This document shows positions 1 through 14,100 of a DNA stretch of 64,000 nucleotides, one piece after another; the first letter of the stretch is position 1; the number at the start of each line of letters is the position of its first letter. Position numbers and translations under genes: made by a program. This stretch comes from an uncultured Planctomycetota bacterium (GTDB lineage: Bacteria; Planctomycetota; Planctomycetia; Gemmatales; Gemmataceae): positions 192,001 through 256,000 of the forward strand of contig CAWKHF010000010.1 in assembly GCA_963849325.1 (NCBI GenBank). Direction: 5' to 3'. The notes under the pieces are model-generated. The model worked only from the letters and a program-made list of their open reading frames with translations, did no database searches and was not told the origin of the DNA.

Positions 1-903
1 AGGTCGATCCGCAGTTGCCGGCCATCTCCCAGCCGACGCTGGCCATGTTATTGCCGCAGTCCGGCAGCGACAGGAGCCGCATCCACTGTCCCTCGCGCGT
101 CAGCCTGTCGCAGCGCAACACGCCCGCCCTGTTCGGCGCCGACCTGATCGACGCCATCCCCGACCGCGTCCTCATCGCCAACGAGCGGAAAGAGCGGTTG
201 AAGTGGGGGCTGGCCTCGTCCAAGAGCGAAGACCTGCCGGTCGGCCGCGCCGTGCGCCTGGCCGATGGCCGCGTCGGCCATTTCGGCTGGAAGGCACAGA
301 GCGCCAGTCTGTCGTCTTTCGTACAGGCTGCGTGCGCCAACGAACTGGGACTCGGCAACCCCGGTCAGGCCCAACCTCGGCCGCTCGGCCGGCCCGACTA
401 TCAGGCGGTCGCCCTCGACCTGACCGCCGAGCAGTGCGATCAGATCACGTCCTTCGTCGCCTCGCTGCCGCGGCCGATCGAACGCCTGCCCGACGACAGC
501 TCCGCCCTCGAGCGCGCGTCGGCCGGCAAACGGCTGTTCGAGCGTGTCGGCTGCGCCGACTGCCATACGCCGAACGTCGGCAAGGTCGAGGGGTTGTACA
601 GCGACCTGCTCCTGCACGACATGGGCCAGCCGTTGGAGGGCGGCGGCTCGTACAACGATCCGCCGCCGTCGAACCCGGACGGCACGCCCAAGGACGGTCC
701 CAGTCCCGGCGAATGGCGAACGCCGCCGTTGTGGGGCGTGGCCGACTCCGCTCCTTACCTGCACGACGGCCGGGCATCGACGCTGGAAGCAGCGATCGAA
801 CTGCACGGCGGCCAGGGCGAACGGTCGGCGCGCAGTTTCGCCGCCCTCAGCGTCGCCGAGAAGCGCAGCTCATCGAGTTCCTCAAGACGCTGCGGCGCCG
901 TGA
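1..903 (+). CDS. Di-heme oxidoreductase (DHOR)/cytochrome c peroxidase-like protein, 5'-partial, indel near the C-terminus
   Basis: GHFGWKA, CADCH heme motif, YSDLLLHDMG and EWRTPPLWGVADSAPYLHDGRA motifs; tail QLIEFLKTL lies in another frame. Confidence 0.85.
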
Positions 904-908
904 AAGGT

Positions 909-973
909 CGTTTAGCCGCGATGCGCAGCGGAGCGCGGGAGTCTCCGCGCTCGCTGCGCGTCGCGGCTAAACG
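909..973. repeat. REP-like palindrome, family A (GTTTAGCCGCGA...TCGCGGCTAAAC), copy 1
   Basis: About 65-bp inverted repeat; five copies in the window. Confidence 0.9.
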
Positions 974-985
974 GAGACCTCGGCC

Positions 986-2101
986 ATGTCCATTAAATTC
1001 TATTGCAGTTGCGGCAAGCACCTGCGTGCCCGCGACGAGATGGCGGCGCGCCGCTCGGTCTGTCCGCGCTGCGGCGCGCCGGTGGGCATCCCTTCGCTTC
1101 GGCCGACCCATGCGGGCACCGACGCGGCGCCGCTGACGCCGCAGGAGCGGCAGCGCATCCGCCGCGACAAGCCGCCCGACGAGACCACCACCATCCCACC
1201 GTGGGATCCGTTCATCGCACCCACTTCTCCCTCCGTCGTCACCACCACGGTCCCTCCGTGGAACCCGTTCGCCGCTTTTTCCGCCCCTTCCAGAAAGCCA
1301 CGACCGCGCCGGCTGCCTCGCCCCAGGCAGCTGGAGACGCACTGGCAACAGTGCCTGCTGTACCCCTGGCTCTGCCGCCGACTTCTGGCGGTCTTCACCC
1401 TGGCGCTCACTCTCCTCAGTGGCATCGCCGCCCTGTTGCTGCCGCAAATGCCGGGTTGGCCCGAACTGTCCGGACAGACCCTCTACCTGTCCTTGCCCTT
1501 CCTCCTGCTGGCCCTGCTGGTTCTGCCTTACGTGTGCGGGACATTGGAATGTGCGCTCACGTCCGCGCTGGCCGGGAAGGGGCCGGGCGTGTACTGGCCG
1601 GGCTGGCGCCTCGAAGCCGCCCTGGCAACTTGTCTGCGCTGGCTGGTCTGCTTCCTGGCCGGGCCGGTCGTGCCGGCCGCGATCGCCTGCTATTACTGGA
1701 TCTACGGCGGCGACCTGACGGGACTGGACTGGCTGATCGTGGCCGAACTGGTCGTGCTGTCCATCGCATACTGGTTCCTGGCGGTGGTCAAGACGAACGA
1801 AAGCAATCGATTCCTCGATGCCAACCCGGTGCGCATTGCTCGGTTGGTACATCGACTGCGCTACCGCGCCGCCGTCCCGGTCCTCCTCGCTCCCGCCCTG
1901 GTATTCGCTCAGGTTTCCGTCGCCTGGACCGCCCTGGGAGAACTGCACGAGCACCCCTTCTTCGGCTGGCTGCTGCTCGCGTTCGGCTGGGGCAGCGGCC
2001 TGCTCGGGGCGGTGTTTCTCTTCCGTCTGCTGGGTGTGTGGTGTTACCGCAGTCCCAAGGAGCGGGCGGAGACGGCGGACGCACCGGCCTTGTCGGCTTA
2101 G
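986..2101 (+). CDS. Zn-ribbon-containing multi-pass membrane protein
   Basis: N-terminal CSCG...CPRCG, Pro-rich linker, several hydrophobic helices; GGAG RBS upstream. Confidence 0.75.
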   Translation: MSIKFYCSCGKHLRARDEMAARRSVCPRCGAPVGIPSLRPTHAGTDAAPLTPQERQRIRRDKPPDETTTIPPWDPFIAPTSPSVVTTTVPPWNPFAAFSAPSRKPRPRRLPRPRQLETHWQQCLLYPWLCRRLLAVFTLALTLLSGIAALLLPQMPGWPELSGQTLYLSLPFLLLALLVLPYVCGTLECALTSALAGKGPGVYWPGWRLEAALATCLRWLVCFLAGPVVPAAIACYYWIYGGDLTGLDWLIVAELVVLSIAYWFLAVVKTNESNRFLDANPVRIARLVHRLRYRAAVPVLLAPALVFAQVSVAWTALGELHEHPFFGWLLLAFGWGSGLLGAVFLFRLLGVWCYRSPKERAETADAPALSA

Positions 2102-2730
2102 GGTCCGTTGATGGGCTTGGGCTGCGGGATGTCGTTGTAATTGCAGTGGGCCAGGCGCTGGAGGATGACCTGCTCCAGCTTGTAATCGCGGCCGATGGGG
2201 ATCCACATCGGGTCATAGGTGGGCGTCTCGATCACTTCAAACTGGCGCTCGACCGTGGGATTGATGCGGAAGAAGGCCGCCCCGGCCGTCTGCCGCGTCG
2301 GCGTCGGCAAGTCCTCCAGTTCCTTGAGCACTTTGACGTCGATGTAATACCCGCCGTCGTCGGCCGTCGTGATGAGGACGATGCAGCGATGGCGGATGGT
2401 CTGGAAGTTGGCCAGCAAGCGCTGATAGAAGTCGGGACTGCCGGGCTTCCACGGCTGCTCGATGCCGGGAGCGACGGCCGGGTGCGTCTCGATGCGGCCA
2501 TCGTAGCGATTGCTGTAAGCGATCTCCCAGAAATCATCGATGGTGTCCAGCACCTTCTCGAAGACCTTGCCGTAGGCCCCCGGACCCTGGGGGATGTAAA
2601 GCGGGTTCTCCTGGGCGATGAGGCGGTCGGGACGGATGAAGGCAGGGTTCTCCTGAAGCGGCCCGGTCGAGCAGCCGGCGAGGCAGACGGCCGCCGTCGC
2701 GATCCATGCCGTCCCCAGAGTTCGCCCCAT
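2098..2730 (-). CDS. Hypothetical lipoprotein
   Basis: Signal peptide with LAGC lipobox; coding-like composition. Confidence 0.7.
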   Translation of the reverse strand: MGRTLGTAWIATAAVCLAGCSTGPLQENPAFIRPDRLIAQENPLYIPQGPGAYGKVFEKVLDTIDDFWEIAYSNRYDGRIETHPAVAPGIEQPWKPGSPDFYQRLLANFQTIRHRCIVLITTADDGGYYIDVKVLKELEDLPTPTRQTAGAAFFRINPTVERQFEVIETPTYDPMWIPIGRDYKLEQVILQRLAHCNYNDIPQPKPINGP

Positions 2731-3003
2731 ACCGCCCCCTCACCGCAAGGCGCGTCCGCCGCGCCGTTCCGTGCGCAGCACGAACGGCCGGGCGTCACGC
2801 TCCGCCCGTCTCCGCGCACGGTCTGCTCGAATGCCTCCCCGGCAATGGACGTTCAGACTAAGGGGCGGCGTTATGCCAAAGGGACCGAAGTCTGTCAAGA
2901 GAGGAACGTGGGACGAGAAAACAGGTGCCGCGCCGCCCCTCCGTCGCTATTGTCTCACCATACGAACCCGCACCCCGAAGCGACTTCCGAGGGAGACAAG
3001 CAC

Positions 3004-4199
3004 ATGGGCACCAACGCACCACTCAACCGCAAACTTCGCATGGGCCTGGTCGGCGGCGGCCAGGGCGCCTTCATCGGCAAGCGTCCACAGCATCGCCGCC
3101 GTCCTGGACAACCGCGCCGCCCTCGTCGCCGGCGCCCTCTCCTCCGACCCGGCGAAGGCCAAGGCTTCCGCGCCCGATTACGACATCCCCGCGAATCGCG
3201 CCTACGGCTCCTACAAGGAGATGGTCGCCGCCGAGTCGAAGCTGCCGGCCGAGCAGCGCATCGACTTCGTCTCCGTGGCCACGCCCAACCATACGCATTT
3301 CGAGATCGCCAAGGCGTTCGCCGAGGCCGGCTTCAACGTCATGTGCGACAAGCCGATGACCTTCGACCTCGCCCAGGCCGAGGAGTTGGCGAAAGTCGTG
3401 CAGAAGACCGGCGTCGTCTTCGCCGTCACGCACAATTACACCGGCTATCCGCTGGTCCGCCAGGCCCGCGAGATGGTCCAGGCTGGCGAGCTGGGCGAGA
3501 TCAACGCCGTCCGCGCTTGCTACATCCAGGGCTGGCTGCGCACGCGCCTGGAGGCGTCGGGACAGAAGCAGGCCGGCTGGCGCACCGATCCCGAAAAGTC
3601 CGGCGCGGCCGGCTGCTTCGGCGACATCGGCACGCACGCCTACAACCTCGGCCGCTTCATCACCGGCCTGTTGCCCGAACAGATTTCCTGTCAGCTCAAG
3701 ACGTTCGAGCCGGGCCGCTCCCTCGATGACTACGGCACGGCCGTCCTCCGCTACGGCAACGGCGCCCTGGGCACCGTCACCGCCTCGCAGATCTCGCACG
3801 GCCGCGAGAACGACCTGTGGATCGAGATCGACGGCACCAAGGGATCACTGGAATGGCACCAGGAAGAGCCGAACAAGATGCTCCTGCGCATCAACGGCAA
3901 GCCGCACCAGATCTACACTCGCGCCGGCGGCCCGTACCTGTGCGAGCTGGCCGGACGCTCGGCCCGCATTCCGAGCGGCCACCCCGAGGCGATTCCTCGA
4001 AGCGTTCGCCAACGTCTACACGGCTGCGTATCAAGACATGATCGCCCGCGCCGCGGGGCAGAAGTTCGACTCTGCCCGCAGCCTGTACCCCAACGTCGCC
4101 GACGGCGTGGACGGCATGAACTTCATCACGCAGTGCGTCGCCAGCTCCGCCGAGAATGGGGCGTGGAAGTCCCTGAAACATCCGCTGTGTCGGGCGTGA
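3004..4199 (+). CDS. Gfo/Idh/MocA family oxidoreductase (two indels)
   Basis: [38 protein letters not shown] motifs; frame changes near 3081 and 3990. Confidence 0.9.
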
Positions 4200-4208
4200 A
4201 GTTTTTCT

Positions 4209-4260
4209 CCGAGCCTGAAGCGTTAGCGAAGGTTGCTCTTCGCTAACGCTTCAGGCTCGG
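4209..4260. repeat. Perfect palindrome (CCGAGCCTGAAGCGTTAGCGAAG...CTTCGCTAACGCTTCAGGCTCGG), REP-like or terminator
   Basis: 23-bp arms with 6-nt loop directly after the oxidoreductase stop. Confidence 0.85.
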
Positions 4261-4388
4261 ACAGGATGGCGCAAGGCGGGGCATTGAAGAAACTTTCACG
4301 GCGGGTTAGAATTGCGTTGATTCCCGAGTGCCCAACTGTCGGCGGGTCGGGTCCGACCGCCGGCGGCGACGAGAGAAGGAGCGAGTCT

Positions 4389-4743
4389 GTGCAAATCAAA
4401 ATCTCCGTGCGGCATGGACATCTCAACGACGCCACCCAGCAGTTCATCCGCGACAAGGCCGAGAAACTCCTGCACTTCTTCGAGCGCCTCACCATGATCG
4501 AGGTGACGGTGGACTTGCAGAAGGACCAAAAATGGGTCGAGTTCCTCGTCCAGGCCGAGCACAAGCACGACTTCGTCGCCCGGGAGAGCATCCCGATCTG
4601 CTGGCGGCGGTCGATCTGGCCCTGGACAAGCTGTCAGCTGCAGCTGCGCCGCTACAAGGAGAAAATCCAGGACCATCGCCGGACGCCCTCGACCGGCGAG
4701 GTGGCCGGCGCGCCCGACGGTCGAAGAACCCAGCGAAGAGTGA
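4389..4743 (+). CDS. hpf: Ribosome hibernation factor HPF/RaiA (indels)
   Basis: VQIKISVRHGHL...FIRDKAEKL...IEVTVDL...QLRRYKEKIQDHR; GTG start with AAGGAG RBS; upstream of ptsN. Confidence 0.85.
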
Positions 4744-4756
4744 CGGAGGAGCTGGC

Positions 4757-5220
4757 ATGCGAATGTCCGACTTCGTGGTGCGCGACGCCATCATCCCGGA
4801 ACTGCCCGCCACCAACAAGGAAGGCGTCATCCGCGAGATGGTCGAGAGCCTGCGGGCCGGCCGGCCAATTTCGCGGCGCCGACCTGGAAGACATCATCCG
4901 GGCCATCCTCAAACGCGAGTTGCTCGGCTCGACCGGCATCGGCCGCGGCGTCGCCATCCCGCACACCAAGCACAACAGCGTCGAGCGCCTCATCGGCACC
5001 GTCGCCCTGTCGCAACAAGGGCATCGCCTTCGACAGCCTCGACGGCGAGCCGGTCCACGTGTTCGTCCTGCTCATCTCGCCGCAGGACCGGCCCGGCGAC
5101 CACCTGCGCGCCCTGGAGAACGTCTCCCGTTCCCTGCGCGACGACAGTTTCGTCCGATCTCTGCGGGCCGCCACGACGCGGGAAGAAATCACCGCCCTGC
5201 TCGACAGGGCCGACCATTAA
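4757..5220 (+). CDS. ptsN: PTS IIA (Fru/Ntr-type) protein (indels)
   Basis: RELLGSTGIGRGVAIPH motif, FDSLDGEPVHVFVLL, HLRALE. Confidence 0.85.
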
Positions 5221-5223
5221 AAA

Positions 5224-5289
5224 AGGGAATAGGGAATAGCGGAATAGGGAATAGGGGCAAGAGAAGAAGGAACCTATTCCCTATTCCCT
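5224..5289. repeat. Inverted heptamer tandem repeat (AGGGAAT)n...(ATTCCCT)n
   Basis: About four copies then about two inverted copies between ptsN and ptsH. Confidence 0.85.
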
Positions 5290-5308
5290 CGTTTTCCGAC
5301 GGGATGCC

Positions 5309-5606
5309 ATGAACGGGGCCCCCTGCAACAAAAGGTGGTCATCAGCAACCCGCAAGGGTTTCACATGCGCCCCATGGCCGCCTTCGCGCAATTGGCGGCC
5401 CGCTTCGAGAGCAGCGTCAAGGTCAGCCGGGAAGGACAGAGCGTCAACGGCAAGAGCATCCTCGATCTCATGATGCTGGCCGCCGCCCAGGGGACGGAAC
5501 TGACTTTGGAGGTCGCTGGGCCGGACGCCGCGGGCCGCCCTGGACGCCCTGGTGGCCCTGCTGAAGACGCCGACGGAGGAGGATTCGCCCGGACCGTTCC
5601 ATTTAG
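5309..5606 (+). CDS. ptsH: Phosphocarrier protein HPr (indels; end approximate)
   Basis: NPQGFHMRP (His15 region) and VNGKSILDLMML (Ser46 region). Confidence 0.85.
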
Positions 5607-5657
5607 CGATCAGCAAACGACAAGAGGAACGCCGATCGCCGACCGCTTCCTTGGGAC

Positions 5658-7408
5658 ATGGAAATCAAACGCGGCATCGCCGTCTCTCCCGGCGTGGCCA
5701 TCGGCCCAGCCCTGGTGCTGGACACCGAATGGTTCCGCATCCCGCAGCGGCTTGTTCCCGCCGATCAGGTCGAGGCGGAATGCACGCGGCTGCAACAGGC
5801 CCTGGCCGCAGGCCGCCCGCGAGACGCGCGTCAACCAGGAAGCCGTCACCGCCAAGCTCGGGCCGCAGTACGGCGCCATCTTCGGCGCCCACGCCCTCAT
5901 GCTCACCGATCCGACCCTGGGACGCGAGATCGAGACGCTCGTCCGCGACCGATCACTTCGCCGCCGAGTACGCCGTCAGCCGCGTCATGCGCCGCTACGC
6001 CAAGGCGCTGGAGAGCATCGAGGGCGGCTACCTCGCCGACCGCGTCGCCGACCTGTTCGACATCGAGAAGCGCATTCTCCGCCATCTGCTGGGCCAGCGC
6101 CGCGAACAGCTGCGCGACCTCCGCGAGCCGGTCGTCGTGCTGGCCCACGACCTGACGCCCAGCGAGACGGCCACGCTCGACCCGCACCGCGTCCACGCCT
6201 TCGCCACCGAAGCCGGCGGCCGAGCCAGCCATACCGCCATCGTGGCCGGCGTCCTGGACATCCCCGCCGTCGTCGGCCTGGGCCCGTTCATCACCGACGT
6301 TTCCGGCGGCGACATCGTCATCGTGGACGGCCATCGACGGCTTACTCATCATCGATCCCGACGAGGAGACGCTGGCAGCGCTACGAGCAGGCCCGCACCA
6401 GTTTCCGCAGCCACGAGAACCAGCTCGACGGAGCTGCGCCATCTGCCGGCCGAGACGCGCGACGGCGTTCGCGTCGCCCTGCTGGGCAACATCGAGTTCC
6501 CCCAGGAGAGCGGACCCTGCCTCGACCGCGGCGCCGAGGGCGTCGGCCTGTATCGCACCGAGTTCCTCTACCTGGGCAAGCAGACCGACCCGACGGAGGC
6601 GGAGCACCTGGAAGCGTATCTGACCGTCCTGCGCACGATGGGGCCTCAACGGCCGGTGGTCATCCGCACTCTCGACCTGGGGGCGGACAAGTTCTTGCCG
6701 CGCGCCGAACGCGCCGCGCAGGAGCGCAATCCGTTCCTGGGTTTGCGGAGCGTTCGGCTGTGTTTGCGGAATTTGACCTTGTTCAAAACGCAGATGCGTG
6801 CCATTCTGAGGGCCAGTGCATTCGGCGACGTGCGCATCATGTTCCCCATGATTAGCACGCTGTTGGAACTGCGCCAGTGCAAGATGATTCTGGCCGAGGT
6901 CAAAGAAGACCTGGAAGAAGAAGGCATCGCCTTCAACCCCCGGCTGCCGGTCGGCACCATGATCGAAGTGCCCTCGGCCGCCATCCTGGCCGAGCAGATG
7001 GCCCGCGAGGTGGATTTCTTTTCCGTCGGCACCAACGACTTGATCCAGTACACCCTGGCGGCCGACCGCAACAATGAGACCGTGGCCGCGCTGTACAGCC
7101 CCGGCGATCCGGCCGTGCTGCGCTTGATCGAAGGCGTGGTGCGGGCCGCCGCCAAGTACAACATCGCCGTCAACGTCTGCGGCGAGATGAGCGGCGAGCC
7201 TTTGTATACGATGTTGCTTCTGGGCCTGGGGCTACGTCAGTTGAGCGTGACGCCGCACAACATCCCGGAGATCAAACGTGTCCTCCGCGCCGTGACGGCC
7301 GAAGAGGCCGGCGCGGTCGCCCAAGAAGCCATGCGTCTGGAAACAGCGCGTGATGTAAACAATTACTTGCGGGAACAGACCCGACGGATCGTCCCCAATG
7401 GGGTTTGA
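5658..7408 (+). CDS. ptsI: PEP-protein phosphotransferase, enzyme I (indels)
   Basis: [16 protein letters not shown] phospho-His motif, [33 protein letters not shown]. Confidence 0.95.
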
Positions 7409-7419
7409 CGAAATCAACC

Positions 7420-7484
7420 GGGTGAGCGGGGTTGCGTCAGCGCCTCGAAGTGAATTCTCGGAGCGCTTACGCAACTCGCTCGCC
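7420..7484. repeat. Imperfect palindrome (GGTGAGCGGGGTTGCGTCAGCGC...GCGCTTACGCAACTCGCTCGCC)
   Basis: Hairpin directly downstream of ptsI stop. Confidence 0.6.
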
Positions 7485-7547
7485 GATGCTGTGCATCCCC
7501 CGCGCTGGGAGTCCGAATCCCGCCTGTTCCCCGGATGGGAATGAATC

Positions 7548-8280
7548 GTGTCTGGGGCGCCTGAGACCAGTCCCGCCGTCCCGCCATCGGCAGGCCGGCC
7601 GGAACCGAAACACCCCGCCGACAAGGTGCGCATCCGCTTTCGCAAGGACGGCGCCTTGCGCCTGCTGAGTCACCACGATCTGATGCGCACCTTCGAGCGT
7701 CTGCTGCGCCGAAGCGAGCTGCCATTCCACCGCTCGCAGGGCTTCCATCCCAAACCGCGCTTGATCTTCGCGCTGTCGCTGCCGCTGGGCGTCGTCGGCC
7801 GCGAAGAGGTCGTGGAGTTGGAACTCGCTCGGGAGCTGCCTCCGGAAGAGGTCCATGCTCGCCTGGCCCGCCAGACGCCGCCCGGTCTGGAAATCCTCTC
7901 GGTTCGACGCATCCCGCCGAAGACCAACGCCCAGGTGTGTCGCCTCGCCTACGCGCTGCGCATACCGGCGGAACGATTGCCGGACCTGACGGCTCGAATC
8001 GCCGACGTGTTGGCCGCCCGCGAATGTTGGGTCGAGCGTCATCGCCCCCATTCGCGCCAGGCCGGGCGACGGCTCGATGTACGTCCCTTTCTTGTGGATC
8101 TGCGGATCGATTCTCACCTCTCTCCCTTCGCGCTGGAGATGTTTTTACGTTTGACTCCTGCCGGGACGGCTCGGCCTGAAGAAGTGCTGGGCCTCCTGGG
8201 ACTTGAAGACCTGCTCGACGCCGGTGCCGTGCTCGAACGCAGCCGGCTCGAGATTTCCGATGAACTGGAAAAGGGATCGC

Positions 8281-8303
<23 letters not shown>
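7548..8303 (+). CDS. DUF2344 / TIGR03936 radical SAM-linked protein
   Basis: RIRFRKDGALRLLSHHDLMR...SQGFHPKPRLIFALSLPLG signature; overlaps rne start. Confidence 0.85.
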
Positions 8304-10901
<2,598 letters not shown>

Positions 10902-10907
10902 GGAATA

Positions 10908-10972
10908 GTTTAGCCGCGATGCGCAGCGGAGCGCGGGACTCTGCCGCGCTCCGCTGCGCGTCGCGGCTAAAC
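10908..10972. repeat. REP-like palindrome family A, copy 2
   Basis: Same arms as 909-973; directly after rne stop. Confidence 0.9.
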
Positions 10973-11011
10973 GGGATCTCTTGTACTCTCTCGGCAAAAT
11001 CACTCTTGGAC

Positions 11012-11040
11012 TTGACACTTCTCCCCGCACTTTCTATACT
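11012..11040 (+). promoter_or_regulatory. Near-consensus sigma70 promoter TTGACA-17-TATACT for lptD
   Basis: ttgaca cttctccccgcactttc tatact, about 115 bp before the lptD start. Confidence 0.8.
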
Positions 11041-11153
11041 TCGCCGCTCGCACGTGAAGCCTTGTCGATGGCCGCGGCTCAGGTTGTGTTCGTGATCCCT
11101 CGCCCGGCGAACGAACACAGCGGCGGACAGGCAGCGACCCCTCAGGAGGCGCG

Positions 11154-14100
11154 GTGGTGAGGTATTCGTTCCGTTGGCTGGCAGGTCCGCTGACGCTGAT
11201 GGCTGTGGCCGGCGGCGTCGCCCTGCATGCGCTGTTCGCCCAGGACGCGCCTGGCCACGCCTCCCGCCAACGCCGCCGTCCCGAACCCGACACGCCACTG
11301 GTGGGACCGACTCGCACCGGCCCCGGCGTCCGGCACACAGCAAGTCGCCGCCATCGTCCCGGCCTCGGCCGCCGAAGCCGACAAGAACGTCTTCCGCCTC
11401 CACCGCGATCAGCCCGGCGACTCCAAACCGATCATCCTCGACGCCGACGAAATTGCCTCGTGGACGGAAAAGAACGGTTCGACGGAGTATTGCGTGTTCC
11501 TGATGCACGGCCTGGTCCTCGTGCAGCAATCGACCGTGCAGGCACGCTTTCCGCACGGCGTCGCCTGGGTGGACGTGAGCCGTTACCGGGTCACGGGCAA
11601 ACTGCGGATGGAATTGTACGCCGAGGGCGACGTGCGCATCGACGACGGCTCGGGGATCGAGGACGGCGCGACGCCGCGCGTTTATCCGCGGGCCATCCTC
11701 GACATAACGACGCGCGGCGAATTTCGGCTGCACGCCCACCGCGCTCCCCTGGCCAAGCAAACGCGGGCCGACGATCCGGTCGTCCTTCGCGGCCGGGCGG
11801 AGGGGCTGGGACCGCCCTCTCTGCGGGCGCCGAAGGCGGCCCCGCAAGCGGCCGCGCCGACGTTGCAACGCACTTCCCACGAGGAACGTCGGCTCATCCT
11901 GCCGCCCTTTGTGGGAGCGGCGCCGAAGCCGCCGGCAACGCCGCCGCCGGCACCGAAACTTCAGCCGGTCCCTCCCGCAGCTCAACCGAGTCCGCCGGCC
12001 GGCGGCGGGCCGACGTTCCTGCCGGGGGCCTCGCCGCGGAGTTCGACGGGTCCACCCGGCCCCATCGAACGTACCTCCGGCTACGGACCTCCGGACGACC
12101 CCTTTCTGGGCATAACGCCGGGCATGAGCGGCCAGAGGCCCCCGACTTCGTCGGGGCCGCGCCGCCGACGGCGCCGTCGGGACCGGCGCCCGTCCTTCCC
12201 ACGGCGCAGCCGGGGGCCGGCCCGCAGCCACCCCAGCCGGAAAGCCCCGCCAACGGAGCGCCGCGCGCTCCGGACGGCTCCGTGCCGCCCTCCGGCCCGT
12301 CGCAAGTGCCGCCGGGCACGCCGCCGGTGCCGCCGCCGTCGAAACCGACGCCGCCTCCACCGAGCAAGCCCATCCTGCCGGCGCGAAATTTCATGGTCGC
12401 GCCACGCCAGGGCGGCTCGTTCAATCTCAAACGCGAGCCCGGTCCCAACGGCGAAGCCATCTTCATCATCACCGGCGGCGTCTTCCTGCAAGTGCGCAAC
12501 GCCCCCAACATCGGCATGATCGACATGGAGGCCGACCGCATCGTCATCTGGACCAAGGGATCCGAGGGCGATCAGCTCGCCGCCAACATCCAGCAACCCT
12601 CCGGGCACACCAGCAACGATCTGGAAGTGTACCTGTCCGGCCACGTCCTCGTCCGCCAGGCGCCGATCGTCAATCCCAAGAAAGAGCAGCGCACCATCTC
12701 CGCCAACGAGGTCTATTACGACGTCAACCGCAACGTCGCCGTCGCCCTCGACGCCCGGCTTGAACTCAAGCAGCCGCTCCTCAACGACCCCATCATCGCC
12801 ACCGCCCGCGAAATTCGGCAAACGTCCGTCAACACCTTCGAGATTTATCGCAGCCTGGTCTTTTCCAGCAAACTGCCGTCCGATCCCGGCTTCACCTCGT
12901 CCATGCGCGACGGCGTCATCGAGGACGTGACGGTGCCGATGAAGAACCTGTTCGGCAATCCGGTCCTGGATCGCAAGACCGGCCAGCCGGTGATGCTCCG
13001 CGAGACCCTGCTGACGGGTAATAACACCTTCTTCGAGCTGGAGCAGGTTCCGTTCTTCTGGCTGCCGCACGTCTCGACCACCTTGCAGGAGCCGCTCGGC
13101 CCGGTTCAGAACTTCAACTTCGGCTACAACCACATCTTCGGCGTCCAGCTGGGTGTGTCGTTGAATGCCTATGAATTGCTCGGCCTGCAACCGCAGCCGG
13201 GCACGCGCTGGCTGTTCAACCTGGATTATTTGAGCTATCGCGGCCCGGGCTTCGGCAGCAACTTCAATTACAGCGGCCTCGATGCCTTCGGCATCCCGTC
13301 GCGCTACGCCGGCATGACCCGCCTCTTTGGCATGTCCGACCGCAACTACGACAACCTGGGCGGAGCGCGGCCGGTGAACGATTTCAACCCGACCAACTTC
13401 CGCGGCTGGGCCCTCAATCGCAACAGCGTGGACGACATGCCCTATGGGTTTAGCTTTCTGTCGCAAATATCCGTCCTGAGCGATCGTAATTTTCTCGAAC
13501 AATACTACAAGCGCATCTTCGATCTCGACCCCAATCCCTCGGAGAACTTCGCCTTTCTGAACCAGCAGGTGAGCAACGTGGCGTGGTCGGCCCTGTTGCA
13601 ACCGCGGCTGCCCCGCTGGGTCACGACGACGCAAGACTTGCCGCGCCTGGACGGCTGGATCATCGGTCAAAACTTCCTTGATATCTTGACCTATACCAGC
13701 CATCTGAATGCGGAGTACGCCTCGCTGAAAACGTCAACCGATCCGCTGCCGCAGGTGAGTGTTACCGATAGCCCGGACAACACCTTCCGGGGTAGCTGGA
13801 TGCAGGAAGCGGAGCTGCCGTTCTACCTTGGCCCATTGAAGTTGTCGCCTTACGGCCGTAGCGAACTGACGTCCTACTCCAACGACCTGTACGGCAACAG
13901 TATCGGCCGCGCCTGGGGGGCCGTCGGCACCTGCGCCAGCATTCCGTTCACCCACTTGTATTCGGGCGTCCAGAGCGAATTGTGGAACGTCAACGGTCTC
14001 AATCACAAGATGGTCTTCAGCACCAACTACGTCTATGCCTACACCAACACGCCGTACACCGAATTGCCGCAGTTGGACCGCCTTAACGACGACGCCACCA

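Noticed and set aside
1003-3729. 908-aa and similar long Arg/Pro/Ala-rich ORFs (e.g. 7414-9456, 24061-26349, 29602-31533)
   Set aside because: Shadow ORFs of high-GC DNA overlapping well-supported genes in other frames.
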